Shown: piece by piece, positions 46,311 to 54,924 of the stretch
Numbering within the stretch: position 1 is the first letter of the stretch
How the letters are laid out: each line of letters starts with the position of its first letter
Source of the DNA: Candidatus Bathyarchaeota archaeon
GTDB lineage: Archaea; Thermoproteota; Bathyarchaeia; TCS64
Assembly (NCBI GenBank): GCA_016783485.1
Contig: JADHWM010000002.1
Location: forward strand, 1-62,727
Direction of reading: 5' to 3'
DNA: 62,727 nucleotides
Position numbers and translations under genes: made by a program
Notes under the pieces: model-generated
What the model saw: only the letters and a program-made list of their open reading frames with translations
Told to the model about the DNA's origin: nothing
The model's database searches: none

Positions 46311-46481
46311 TCAAGGTTCTGTTGTCACAAATGGTAGATGTGTCTCAATGGAACCTGAAATGAGAAAATGGAGAAGATGTGAATGCCGAAGTATATCGTC
46401 CTGGGAAAGTTCACGGCTGAGGGGATCAAGAACATCAAGGACTCTCCCAAGAGACTGGAAGCAGCCAACAAGTTGGCGGAG
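46275..46481 (+). repeat. Dispersed duplication, copy 2 (functional context: start of minus-strand ORF, intergenic region, GYD gene 5' end)
   Basis: See copy 1. The shared string is TTCAAGGTTCT...GAGAAAATGGAGAAGATG.GAATGCC.AAGTA.ATCGTCCTGGGAAAGTTCACGGCTGA.GGGATCAAGAACATCAAGGACTCTCCCAAGAGACTGGA.GCAGCCAACAAGTTGGCGGAG. Confidence 0.85.
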
Positions 46482-46676
46482 TCTCTCGGGGGAAAGATAC
46501 TCAAGTTCTATTACACCATGGGTAGATACGATTTCGTCTGTGTGGTCAAGGCTACGAGCAATGAATCCATGATGCAGGCTCTGCTCGCTCTTGGTAGTCA
46601 GGGCTCTATTAGCACCGAGACTCTCACGGCTATACCTGTCGAGAAAGCCGCCGAGATCATCGGTAAACTACCCTGA
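46383..46676 (+). CDS. GYD-family protein
   Basis: MPKYIVLGKFTAEGIKNIKDSPKR...YYTMGRYDFVCVVKA...; typical ~97-aa GYD-domain architecture. Confidence 0.85.
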   Translation: MPKYIVLGKFTAEGIKNIKDSPKRLEAANKLAESLGGKILKFYYTMGRYDFVCVVKATSNESMMQALLALGSQGSISTETLTAIPVEKAAEIIGKLP

Positions 46677-46701
46677 TCAAGATCTCATACAATCTCCCCT
46701 C

Positions 46702-46715
46702 TTTTTTTAAAAAAA
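46702..46715. terminator. T7/A7 tract after the GYD gene
   Basis: CTCTTTTTTTAAAAAAACC about 25 nt after stop. Confidence 0.45.
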
Positions 46716-46813
46716 CCATTCAGATGCTGATTCAGCGCGCGAATAGATTTTATTACGCATTATAGAAATATTTATATGTAATCTTTTGATTACGTGTTAT
46801 GCAGGCGTAGACT

Positions 46814-47101
46814 GTGGAAGACGCGGAACTGGTGGATAAGCTGAGCGCTCTAGGACATATCTACCGACTAAAAATAGTGACAGCTCTCACCGAGGGAGAT
46901 AAATATCTAAGCGAAATTGCGAAGGAAGTTGGAATCAGCAGGGCCCTCGCAAACGTGCATCTGAAGAAGCTTAGAGAAGCTGGCCTCGTCAAAACCAGAG
47001 TATTGTTGCTTGAAGACGAGGCGAGGGCGCTTAGATACTACGAGTTAAACGATTTCCACATTGAACTCTCGCCTGAGGAACTGAAAAGGAGGAAGAAATG
47101 A
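46814..47101 (+). CDS. ArsR-family winged-helix transcriptional regulator
   Basis: LSALGHIYRLKIVTALTEGDKYLSEIAKEVGISRALANVHLKKLREAGLV. Confidence 0.75.
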   Translation: MEDAELVDKLSALGHIYRLKIVTALTEGDKYLSEIAKEVGISRALANVHLKKLREAGLVKTRVLLLEDEARALRYYELNDFHIELSPEELKRRKK

Positions 47102-47365
47102 ATGGATTATAGAGGCGTCGCGGTTACCGGAGTCTGGATTGGCATGGCCCTAATCATCGGAGTGTTCAGCTTCACCGGCAGTCGTCTTGCCGATGCTTCG
47201 CTGATCTTGATTTTTGCGGCTTTCATGCTTACTGCGCACATCATCAAACAGAAACCTGAGGGGGATTCAATGGAGAAGCTCTCTCAAGAGCTCCCGGACT
47301 TCAAGAAACGATTATCCGCCGTCGAAATCGATGTTGGTGAGATCAAGAGGCTACTCGAAGAATAG
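47102..47365 (+). CDS. Small membrane protein with C-terminal helical/coiled tail
   Basis: Abuts the ArsR stop; two hydrophobic helices, then LSQELPDFKKRLSAVEIDVGEIKRLLEE. Confidence 0.55.
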   Translation: MDYRGVAVTGVWIGMALIIGVFSFTGSRLADASLILIFAAFMLTAHIIKQKPEGDSMEKLSQELPDFKKRLSAVEIDVGEIKRLLEE

Positions 47366-47394
47366 ATTGCGTACGCGTAAGCGAGTGATACACG

Positions 47395-47862
47395 ATGATG
47401 GACGGAGGTCTCATCGACTCCCTTGTAGTCTTCTTCGCAGTCGCCTACTATGCTTTTCTGGTCATAGTATACCTTGTGCGCGCTCATAATCTATCGGATA
47501 TAGAGCTGAAGATGGCCCTCCCCTTCAGCGCACAGGTGATTCCATTCAGCATCCTATGGGTGTTGAACATCCTGAAGGGAGACACTGGTCGAATCATCTC
47601 CATGACGCCAATCATCGTCTATCTCCTGTACGACCTATGGTATCGATTGATCACCCGGAAAAAACCCCTGCATCATCCTGACCGCTGGCCGAAGGAACTT
47701 GCACTGTACCTCCTTCTCCTTATGGTTGGGAGCATAGGATTGAACTGGTACGGATACCTGATATCAGAATTCTACGGCATGATGCTCGTTGCCGCTTTCT
47801 TCGTCATGCTGAGCTCCTTCGGCTACTATCAATACAGATACAGGAAGAGAAAGAAGCGATAG
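47395..47862 (+). CDS. Four-TM membrane protein, unknown function
   Basis: Hydrophobic helices and basic C-terminus YRYRKRKKR; same operon-like string as the ArsR gene. Confidence 0.6.
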   Translation: MMDGGLIDSLVVFFAVAYYAFLVIVYLVRAHNLSDIELKMALPFSAQVIPFSILWVLNILKGDTGRIISMTPIIVYLLYDLWYRLITRKKPLHHPDRWPKELALYLLLLMVGSIGLNWYGYLISEFYGMMLVAAFFVMLSSFGYYQYRYRKRKKR

Positions 47863-48160
47863 ACGAACACAGATATGTATCATGCATATCCTCAAAGAGA
47901 TAGAACCCAGAACAAGAATCATCCATCTCACGATACAGAACTCAGGTGAAGTGAAGAAACGAGCATGACGGGACACCAACAACCCGTGAAAACACCGCCA
48001 AACACCAGAAGGAACCCGAAAAACACCCGGAAACCACCCCCGCCAACCCCCTCAAGTTAAACAGTAGCCATTCAGTAGCTGAACAGTACCAAAACAACAC
48101 CAAAAGAAGACAGAAAAACCCTCCAAACAACAAAAGGACCGAAAAAACAACCTCTTACAA

Positions 48161-48183
48161 CCCCCCCAAACAAACAGGGGGGG
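48161..48183 (-). terminator. C7/G7 hairpin with 9-nt loop downstream of the EutA-like gene, followed on the minus strand by T-runs
   Basis: CCCCCCCAAACAAACAGGGGGGG. On the minus strand it is followed by TTGTAAGAGGTTGTTTTTTCGG. Confidence 0.4.
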
Positions 48184-48205
48184 TACCGCGCGCGCGACCC
48201 CACCA

Positions 48206-49660
48206 CTAGAAGACCAACGACTTGATGATCACCGGAATGAACCCCCGCTCCCCTGTCGGCTCACCGATATCCACATAGTTAAAATCGCTCAACCTGACCT
48301 CGTCGATAGAGATCAGCGCACACCCCGGAGCAACCTCCTCCTGGATCACCCGACCGATACCCATACCGATATCCGCCTCAAACACCAGCACCAAGGCACC
48401 CCCCGCCTCCAACTTATCCCGCTGCACAGAGACCACCGCCTCCGACAACCCCTTCATCTGGAGATAAGAAGGCTGATTAATCACCGAACGCGCAAACGCC
48501 AGCGCAAAGGCATCCCTCCCCGGATCCAGATCATGCATCCCGAGGGCCCACCGGATCTCGACCTCCATCTGCTCCACGGAGAGCACACTGCTCGCAAACC
48601 GGGGAGCCACAACGGGAAGATTACGGATAGGCAGCAGACCCAGATCCGAGATCAGATTCGTCGTCCCGCTCACCTGGAGAGTATACTGGGACTCCCCGAT
48701 CACAGTCGCCCGGATCCTCTCCGCGGGCTCCGCCACAGTCATCGGGAGATCGCACATCCTCCTCCGGATCTCCTCCCCCAGGAGCAACCCGATATCCCCG
48801 AAGCTCCGCTTCTCATAACCGTAGACATACTCAGAGACCCCCCCCGAGAAGAACACGACATCCACACGCCCATCGAACCCCAGCGGCGGGGTCTGCATCA
48901 ACTTCTCCGTCAACGGCGACAACGGCTCACCCCTGATCAACTCGAAAAGAGAATCCGCCAACGACGACGCCAGAGCAGCCTGCTCCTCCTCCGAGACCAC
49001 CTCCCCCACAGAGACCCCGAACCCATTAGCCGAGGCCACTATCTCCGCGGGCCCCTCCACCCTGAGCGCCCGCCCCTCGCCATCCAAAACCACGTGGCGG
49101 GCACCCACGAAGACGCTCGCGGTCTCCACAACCTCCCCCCTCCGGATCACCGCGATTTTCGTAGTCCCCCCGCCCACGTCCACATTCATCACCGTCTTAA
49201 GCCGCCGATCCGAGAGCTCCACGGCACCCGAACCATGGGCCGCCAAGATCGCCTCGTAATTGGGCCCCGCCGTCGCGACCACGAACCTCCCCATCTGGCT
49301 CGAGAACAACTCCAGGATCCTCGCCGCATTATGACGGAGAGCGGCAACCCCCGTGATGATGATGGCCCCGGTGTCAATGTCCTCCGCCTCGAACCCGGCA
49401 CCTCGGTAGGCATCCCCGAGTATCCCCCTCAAACCCTCCGTGTCAATGGTATAATCATCATGGAACGGCGTCAGACAGATCTCCGACATATGAGTGACCT
49501 CCCGGTCAACGATATCGAACTTATGCGTCTCCTCGACGAAACCGAGGCTGAGCTTAGAGAATACCAGCTGAGTGGTGGTGGAACCGATGTCGATTCCCAC
49601 ACTGTTAAAATGGCGTAGCTCCCCCGTCACACCCTCGCCCTGTTCTATGTCCTCGGCCAT
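48206..49660 (-). CDS. EutA-family ASKHA ATPase (ethanolamine ammonia-lyase reactivase-like)
   Basis: SVGIDIGSTTTQLVFSKL, DTGAIIITG, FVVATAGPNYEAILAAHGSG, MNVDVGGGTTKIAV. The ORF is open to 49771, but ATG 49660 (MAEDIEQ) is preferred because 49771 would lie 2 nt from the divergent start at 49774. Confidence 0.8.
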   Translation of the reverse strand: MAEDIEQGEGVTGELRHFNSVGIDIGSTTTQLVFSKLSLGFVEETHKFDIVDREVTHMSEICLTPFHDDYTIDTEGLRGILGDAYRGAGFEAEDIDTGAIIITGVAALRHNAARILELFSSQMGRFVVATAGPNYEAILAAHGSGAVELSDRRLKTVMNVDVGGGTTKIAVIRRGEVVETASVFVGARHVVLDGEGRALRVEGPAEIVASANGFGVSVGEVVSEEEQAALASSLADSLFELIRGEPLSPLTEKLMQTPPLGFDGRVDVVFFSGGVSEYVYGYEKRSFGDIGLLLGEEIRRRMCDLPMTVAEPAERIRATVIGESQYTLQVSGTTNLISDLGLLPIRNLPVVAPRFASSVLSVEQMEVEIRWALGMHDLDPGRDAFALAFARSVINQPSYLQMKGLSEAVVSVQRDKLEAGGALVLVFEADIGMGIGRVIQEEVAPGCALISIDEVRLSDFNYVDIGEPTGERGFIPVIIKSLVF

Positions 49661-49684
49661 GATATACTGCTGTACCTGCACCAG

Positions 49685-49696
49685 TCTATAAAAAAG
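49685..49696 (-). promoter_or_regulatory. TATA-like box for the EutA-like gene (if the start is ATG 49660)
   Basis: TCTATAAAAAAG (minus strand CTTTTTTATAGA), 25-36 nt upstream of ATG 49660. Confidence 0.35.
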
Positions 49697-49773
49697 AAAC
49701 CCCGAAAAACAGAGAGACACAACGAAAAACCCGACTAAAAACCGTAAATACTCAGACGGGTATCTCATCACAG

Positions 49774-51417
49774 GTGAAATATTTGTACGATATCCTGATC
49801 AAAGGCGGGAAAGTCATCACAGGGGCCGGGAACCCCTGGTTCAAAGCCGATGTCGGCATAAAGGATGGAAAGATCGCCAAGGTCGGCCCACTAAAAGGAG
49901 CCGATGCTGGACGAGTGATCGACGCCAAAGGCCTCGTGGTGAGCCCCGGATTCGTCGACCTACACAACCACTCCGACACCAGCATCATGGTGAACCCCCA
50001 AGCCGAGAGCTACATCAGGCAGGGAGTCACCACCCTCGTATTCCCCAACTGCGGATCAGGGGAAGCCCCCCTCAACGACGCCCTCAAAGAACAATTCCGA
50101 AGAGACACACCCGCATTCTTCGACGCGGGGCTCGAACCCGACTGGTCCACATTCGATGAATACCTCAAGAAGATAGAGTCCATAGGCACATCGGTCAACG
50201 TCGCCCCCCTCATCGGATTCGGCACCGTCCGCCGATACGTCATGGGCTACGAGATGAGAGCACCCACCAAGGGGGAACTCGAGGCGATGTACGCCGAAGT
50301 CGAGAAGGCTATGAAAGCGGGAGCCTTCGGAATCACCACAGGCCTCCGGTACATCCCCCAGTCTTGGGCGGAGACCGAAGAGGTCATCGAGGTCGCCAAA
50401 GCAGCGGCGAAATACGACGGAATCCATACAAGCCACCTCAGGGACGAGGGGGATCGAGGAGACCCCATCGGGGCCATCAAGGAGCTCATCGAGATCAGCG
50501 AGAAGGCCGGCCTACCTGGACACATCGCCCACTTCAAGATCCTCTCCAAACCCCACTGGCACGAGTGCGACGAGATCCTCAGGATCATCGAGGAAGCCCG
50601 GGCCAGAGGAGTCGACATCACAGCCGACCAGTACCCCTACCCCGCCAGCGGCTCCAGCCCATTCTCATGGAGCCCCGCATGGGCCCGGGAGGGGGGCGAC
50701 GAGGGGCTCTTGGAGCGCCTCAAGGACCCGGAGACCCGCAAGCGGATCCGGGACGAGCTGGAGCGGGTGATGGAGGTCCGGGGGGGCCCCCAGGCTGCAC
50801 TCATACGCAACTACCCGCTCAAACGGGAGTACATCGGGAAGACCATCGCCGAAATCACCGAGATGCTGGGCAGAGACGACCCCGTGGACACCCTCGTCGA
50901 CATCTACACCGACCACGTCGAGAAGAGCGTCGCCGGGGAGGTCGAGGGCCGCTTCAGCTTCATCAACTTCAACATGACCGACGAGAACGTCAACAAGATG
51001 ATGAAGAAGCCCTGGGTCATGACCAGCAGCGACGGGCGCATCCACGCCCCCTACGGCCCCCTCGTGGAGAGGAACCCCGCCGTCCACCCCCGATTCTACG
51101 GCGCATACCCCCGGGTCCTCGGGAGATACGTCCGGGAATGGGGCGTCCTCACTCTCGAGGAAGCCATCAAGAAGATGACCAGCCTGGGAACCCAACGCCT
51201 CGGCCTACTGGACAGGGGCCTCATCGCCCAAGGGATGTGGGCCGACGTCACTGTATTCGATCCGAAGACAGCCATCGACAAAGCCGAATACACCCCCCCG
51301 GAGAAGAGCGTCGTATACCCGGAAGGGATACCCTACGTCGTCGTGAACGGGGTCCTCACCATAGACGAGGAAGAACACACTGGCGCACTCGCCGGAAAAG
51401 TCCTAAGGAAGAGGTAA
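49774..51417 (+). CDS. N-acyl-D-amino-acid deacylase (D-aminoacylase) family amidohydrolase, paralogue 1
   Basis: YDILIKGGKVITGAGNPWFKADVGIKDGKIAKV and GLVVSPGFVDLHNHSD (HxH metal motif); ~547 aa. Confidence 0.85.
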   Translation: MKYLYDILIKGGKVITGAGNPWFKADVGIKDGKIAKVGPLKGADAGRVIDAKGLVVSPGFVDLHNHSDTSIMVNPQAESYIRQGVTTLVFPNCGSGEAPLNDALKEQFRRDTPAFFDAGLEPDWSTFDEYLKKIESIGTSVNVAPLIGFGTVRRYVMGYEMRAPTKGELEAMYAEVEKAMKAGAFGITTGLRYIPQSWAETEEVIEVAKAAAKYDGIHTSHLRDEGDRGDPIGAIKELIEISEKAGLPGHIAHFKILSKPHWHECDEILRIIEEARARGVDITADQYPYPASGSSPFSWSPAWAREGGDEGLLERLKDPETRKRIRDELERVMEVRGGPQAALIRNYPLKREYIGKTIAEITEMLGRDDPVDTLVDIYTDHVEKSVAGEVEGRFSFINFNMTDENVNKMMKKPWVMTSSDGRIHAPYGPLVERNPAVHPRFYGAYPRVLGRYVREWGVLTLEEAIKKMTSLGTQRLGLLDRGLIAQGMWADVTVFDPKTAIDKAEYTPPEKSVVYPEGIPYVVVNGVLTIDEEEHTGALAGKVLRKR

Positions 51418-51430
51418 ACCCTCCTCCCCC

Positions 51431-51439
51431 TTTTTTTTT
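51431..51439. terminator. T9 tract between convergent D-aminoacylase 1 and the BT1-like transporter
   Basis: CTCCTCCCCCTTTTTTTTTAAA, 14 nt after stop of 49774..51417; it overlaps the stop codon of the minus-strand gene. Confidence 0.5.
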
Positions 51440-52919
51440 AAACTGTAACGGCTTTCGCCGCCTCGAAAGGCTTCAAGTACCTGACAAGGAACAGAGGCAG
51501 CAACGTGAAGCTGGATAGAACCCCGAATAGCAGAGGGATATTCCTGGGAAGCAGGTAGCCAATGATGATGCTCGCCGGGATATTTCCCACCCAGGAGAAG
51601 CTCATGTACATCTGGAACACCGTCGCCGACAACGCCAGGGGGGTCGAGTCCGCCATGAGCGCCATGCGGCCCCCGGAGTTTATCCTCTCAACGAAATTCG
51701 AGATGATCGCGAGGACGATGAACCAGGTCACCATCCCCGGCTTCAGGGTCATCCACAGGTAGCCCGTCACTATCACCCCCAACCCCGCAATGAAATAGAT
51801 CCGCTTATGCCCCCACCGATCCGCAGCTATCCCCCCTATGACGGAGGCAGGGATCCCGGAGAGGAGAACCAAGACCGAGATCCGCCCCGCCCTCTCAGGT
51901 GTAAAGCCTCCCACGATCTCATTCATCACTAGGCTGAACATTCCCCCCGTGGGATTACTGATCCTCCTAGTCCCGATGGCGGAACCGACCATGAGGAGAG
52001 CCGCGATGAGCACAGACTTCTCGGTGAACGTGAAGGCGATGGCCTCCCGGCTGAACACCCTCTCCGCCTCCAGCTTTGGCTCCTTCAAGATCAAGAATAG
52101 GAAAGCTAAGAGCCCCACGAGCCCCCCCGTGATAAACACACCCCGATAACCCATCCACGAAATAATCAACGGGCTTAAAAGACTCGCAGCGATGCCCCCC
52201 ACCGCCATCCCGAACGTATTAACCCCACCGAGAACCCGGGCATGCCACTCAGGCGGAGTCACATCCACCGCATAAGAATCCGCAGCTATGTCGAATAGAG
52301 CCCCCGCAGTGGTCATAGCCAGGCACAGAGGAAAGAAGACCGACCACACAGGGACGGCATTAAGATCGGTGACAACGAATCCCAAGATGGCAATAATACT
52401 CAGAACCCCCGTTGCCACGAACAGGGGATGCCTCCTGTAGGTATTCCCCCTGAATCGAACGGGGAAACCGTCCGAGATCATCCCAATGAACATCTTCCAC
52501 TGCCACGATACGTAGACCAGCCCTAGAAACAGGGCAGTGTCAAAAGTATTTACACCCCTAACCTGCATCAGATATAGAGGAGCCCACATGGAGAACGTGA
52601 TCTTCATGTATCCATTCGCGAAGTACGCGAGGCCATAGAAGAGGGCGATAAGTTTAGGACGCCAGACCTCGGATAGGAGCTCCCGCACCCGCTCCTCCTT
52701 AGGGGCCTGCCAGTAAGTGACCCCCCGGGCCTCGAATTCCCTCCTCCACTTCCGACCCAACCCGAAAAGAATCAGATACGCTGATAAAGTGAGACCGAAG
52801 AAGACGAGCCCCAGGGTTTGCTCGAATTTCATATTCCATCGAGTTGTGACTCCATGTATAAATGCGTTTACGGAAAACGAGCGGAGAAAAAAGGATCTAG
52901 ACAGCACTTCCTCCGACAA
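51438..52919 (-). CDS. MFS-type transporter, folate-biopterin-transporter (BT1)-like
   Basis: About 12 TM helices; GMISDGFPVRFRGNTYRRHPLF loop resembles the BT1 signature; by-eye assignment. Confidence 0.7.
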   Translation of the reverse strand: MSEEVLSRSFFLRSFSVNAFIHGVTTRWNMKFEQTLGLVFFGLTLSAYLILFGLGRKWRREFEARGVTYWQAPKEERVRELLSEVWRPKLIALFYGLAYFANGYMKITFSMWAPLYLMQVRGVNTFDTALFLGLVYVSWQWKMFIGMISDGFPVRFRGNTYRRHPLFVATGVLSIIAILGFVVTDLNAVPVWSVFFPLCLAMTTAGALFDIAADSYAVDVTPPEWHARVLGGVNTFGMAVGGIAASLLSPLIISWMGYRGVFITGGLVGLLAFLFLILKEPKLEAERVFSREAIAFTFTEKSVLIAALLMVGSAIGTRRISNPTGGMFSLVMNEIVGGFTPERAGRISVLVLLSGIPASVIGGIAADRWGHKRIYFIAGLGVIVTGYLWMTLKPGMVTWFIVLAIISNFVERINSGGRMALMADSTPLALSATVFQMYMSFSWVGNIPASIIIGYLLPRNIPLLFGVLSSFTLLPLFLVRYLKPFEAAKAVTV

Positions 52920-52977
52920 CCCCCCTGCAACCTAAAAAGGTAAAAACGGAAACGCCTCCTAGTAAACGGTATTCACA

Positions 52978-54372
52978 ATGGTGAGTGAACTCGAAAAAAC
53001 GGTCCTCGGGGAGATCTGGTCATCCAACGAGGCGTATGAAACTCTAATCCATCTATGCGACGAGTTCGGAAGCCGATTCGCAGGCACCGAAGGAGAGAAG
53101 CCCTCGGCCGAGTACATCGCGTCCAAGCTCAGAGAGTACGGGCTCGAAAACGTCGCTCTCGACGACTTCAAGTACGTGGGATGGAAGCGGGGCGAGGCCA
53201 AGCTAGAGCTGCTGGAGCCCAGGAATGTGGAGATCTACACCCAATCCCTCGCTCTCTGCCCGCCGACCCCCACAGAGGGCATCGAGGGGGACGTCGTCTA
53301 TCTGGGACCTGGCTTTCCCGAACTCTTCGAGGCAAAGAAAGACGAGATCCACGGCAAGATCGTTCTCTGCACCAGCCAGCCGAGGCCGTCGGGGGCCATG
53401 GTCCACCGGCGCACAAAGTACGGCTACGCGGTGAAGTACGGAGCCGTCGGCTTCATATTCGTGAACCACAATCCCGGGCAGCTTATGCCCACCGGCTCCC
53501 TCCGACCCGCATACAGGATGGCCGGGGAGATCCCCGGAATCGGTGTCAGCTGGGAGACGGGCAGCAATCTGATCAGGATGCTCGATAAAGGACTCGCGAG
53601 CGTGAGGATCACCACCTCAGATATCGTCACTCCCGACACTGAGTCCTGGAACGTCGTGGGGGAGATCCCCGGCACTGACCTCAAGGACCGGGTCATCCTG
53701 GTCGGCGCTCACTTCGAGGGCCATGACATCGCCGTGGGGGCTCTCGACGACGGCTCGGGGGCGGTGGTCATCATGGAGGCCGCTAGAGCACTGGCGAAGC
53801 ACCAGGGGGAGTTCAGGCGCACAATCCGCTTCGTCTGCTTCTCCGCCGAGGAGATCGGAGTCACCGGTTCAACCTGCTACGCAGCCAAGCACAGCGACGA
53901 ACTCGACCGCATTGACCTCATGATCAACTGCGACGGCGCCGGACGGGCCACGGACCACGTCTACCGGGTCTATGGGCCCGACTCCCTCGCAGGCTACCTC
54001 CAGGACCTCGCCGGCAGGATGCACTACAACATGAGGGTGGGCAGAGCCATGGCCGCCTCCTCGGATCACTGGCCTTTCTACATGCAGGGGATACCAGCGG
54101 TCTCCCTCTCGGGCTATAGGAGCCCCGCAGAGGTCGCCAGGGTCGGCCGGGGATGGACCCACACCTCCGCGGACACCATCGACAAGGTGGTCCCCAAGAA
54201 CCTGAAGGACGCCGCGATGGTCCTCGCCCACTCGCTGATCCACCTGGCCAACGAGCCTGGCACCATCGCGGAGAGGACTCCGGTGGAGGAGATCGTGAGG
54301 CGCCTGGAGGAGAGCGGCATGGCCGACACCCTCAGGGTGCAGCTCAAGTGGCATCCTGACTCCATACGGTGA
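52978..54372 (+). CDS. M28-family metallopeptidase (aminopeptidase) with PA-like insert
   Basis: NVVGEIPG...VILVGAHFEGHDIAVGALDDGSG, FVCFSAEEIGVTGS, SSDHWPF. Confidence 0.85.
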   Translation: MVSELEKTVLGEIWSSNEAYETLIHLCDEFGSRFAGTEGEKPSAEYIASKLREYGLENVALDDFKYVGWKRGEAKLELLEPRNVEIYTQSLALCPPTPTEGIEGDVVYLGPGFPELFEAKKDEIHGKIVLCTSQPRPSGAMVHRRTKYGYAVKYGAVGFIFVNHNPGQLMPTGSLRPAYRMAGEIPGIGVSWETGSNLIRMLDKGLASVRITTSDIVTPDTESWNVVGEIPGTDLKDRVILVGAHFEGHDIAVGALDDGSGAVVIMEAARALAKHQGEFRRTIRFVCFSAEEIGVTGSTCYAAKHSDELDRIDLMINCDGAGRATDHVYRVYGPDSLAGYLQDLAGRMHYNMRVGRAMAASSDHWPFYMQGIPAVSLSGYRSPAEVARVGRGWTHTSADTIDKVVPKNLKDAAMVLAHSLIHLANEPGTIAERTPVEEIVRRLEESGMADTLRVQLKWHPDSIR

Positions 54373-54432
54373 TTTGTGGAACCTCTCCTCGCCTGAGAGG
54401 CGGATTAAGGGACGGGTCTGACCCCGATCCGG

Positions 54433-54798
54433 TTAGGCCGGCGCCCCTTCCTTTACCTCGAACTTGGGCTCGTCGGTAACGAGGAAGGGTAATGGCGTCG
54501 GCCTGTTCCTGGGGTAGATCTCGAGAATCCTCTTCCTCAGCTCCATGTCCTTGGGTGTGAAGGGGGCGCGCTCCTTCTGAAAGAGGACCGCCTTGGTGAG
54601 GGATATGAACGCGTTCAGCGTGTCCGCCTTTAGCTTGAGCTCCCTCAGGTCGTAAAGGTGCACGTGCATCTTGGACTCGGTCTCGGGAGGGCTCCTCCAG
54701 CCGACGACGTATTCGGCGAGCTCCTCCTCCATGGCCTCCAAATCAACTGTGGCCGCCCAGAGGAACCTGACGAAATGGTAGGGCTCGTTCTTTTTCAT
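54433..54798 (-). CDS. Hypothetical protein (121 aa)
   Basis: Coding-like composition, ATG start, located between the M28 peptidase and D-aminoacylase 2; no motif recognised. Confidence 0.5.
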   Translation of the reverse strand: MKKNEPYHFVRFLWAATVDLEAMEEELAEYVVGWRSPPETESKMHVHLYDLRELKLKADTLNAFISLTKAVLFQKERAPFTPKDMELRKRILEIYPRNRPTPLPFLVTDEPKFEVKEGAPA

Positions 54799-54882
54799 AT
54801 TTCTAGCGAAGCCTCCTCGGCGAAGCTTGGAGTAACCCCCTGAAATCCTAAGATTCGGACAAATAATAATGATACTGAACCA

Positions 54883-54924
54883 GAAAAAGAGAAAAAAAGG
54901 GGCCGAGGAGGCCTAGTCCTCGGC
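54883..54924 (-). terminator. Hairpin plus T-run terminator at the 3' end of D-aminoacylase 2
   Basis: Perfect 8-bp stem GCCGAGGA/TCCTCGGC around the stop codon. On the minus strand it is followed by CCCCTTTTTTTCTCTTTTTC. Confidence 0.55.

Noticed and set aside
49661-49771. N-terminal TM extension of the EutA-like protein (start at 49771)
   Set aside because: That start would lie 2 nt from the divergent start at 49774, leaving no promoter. An internal ATG at 49660 has a TATA-like box 25-36 nt upstream, and EutA homology begins just after it. A membrane-anchored form cannot be fully excluded.
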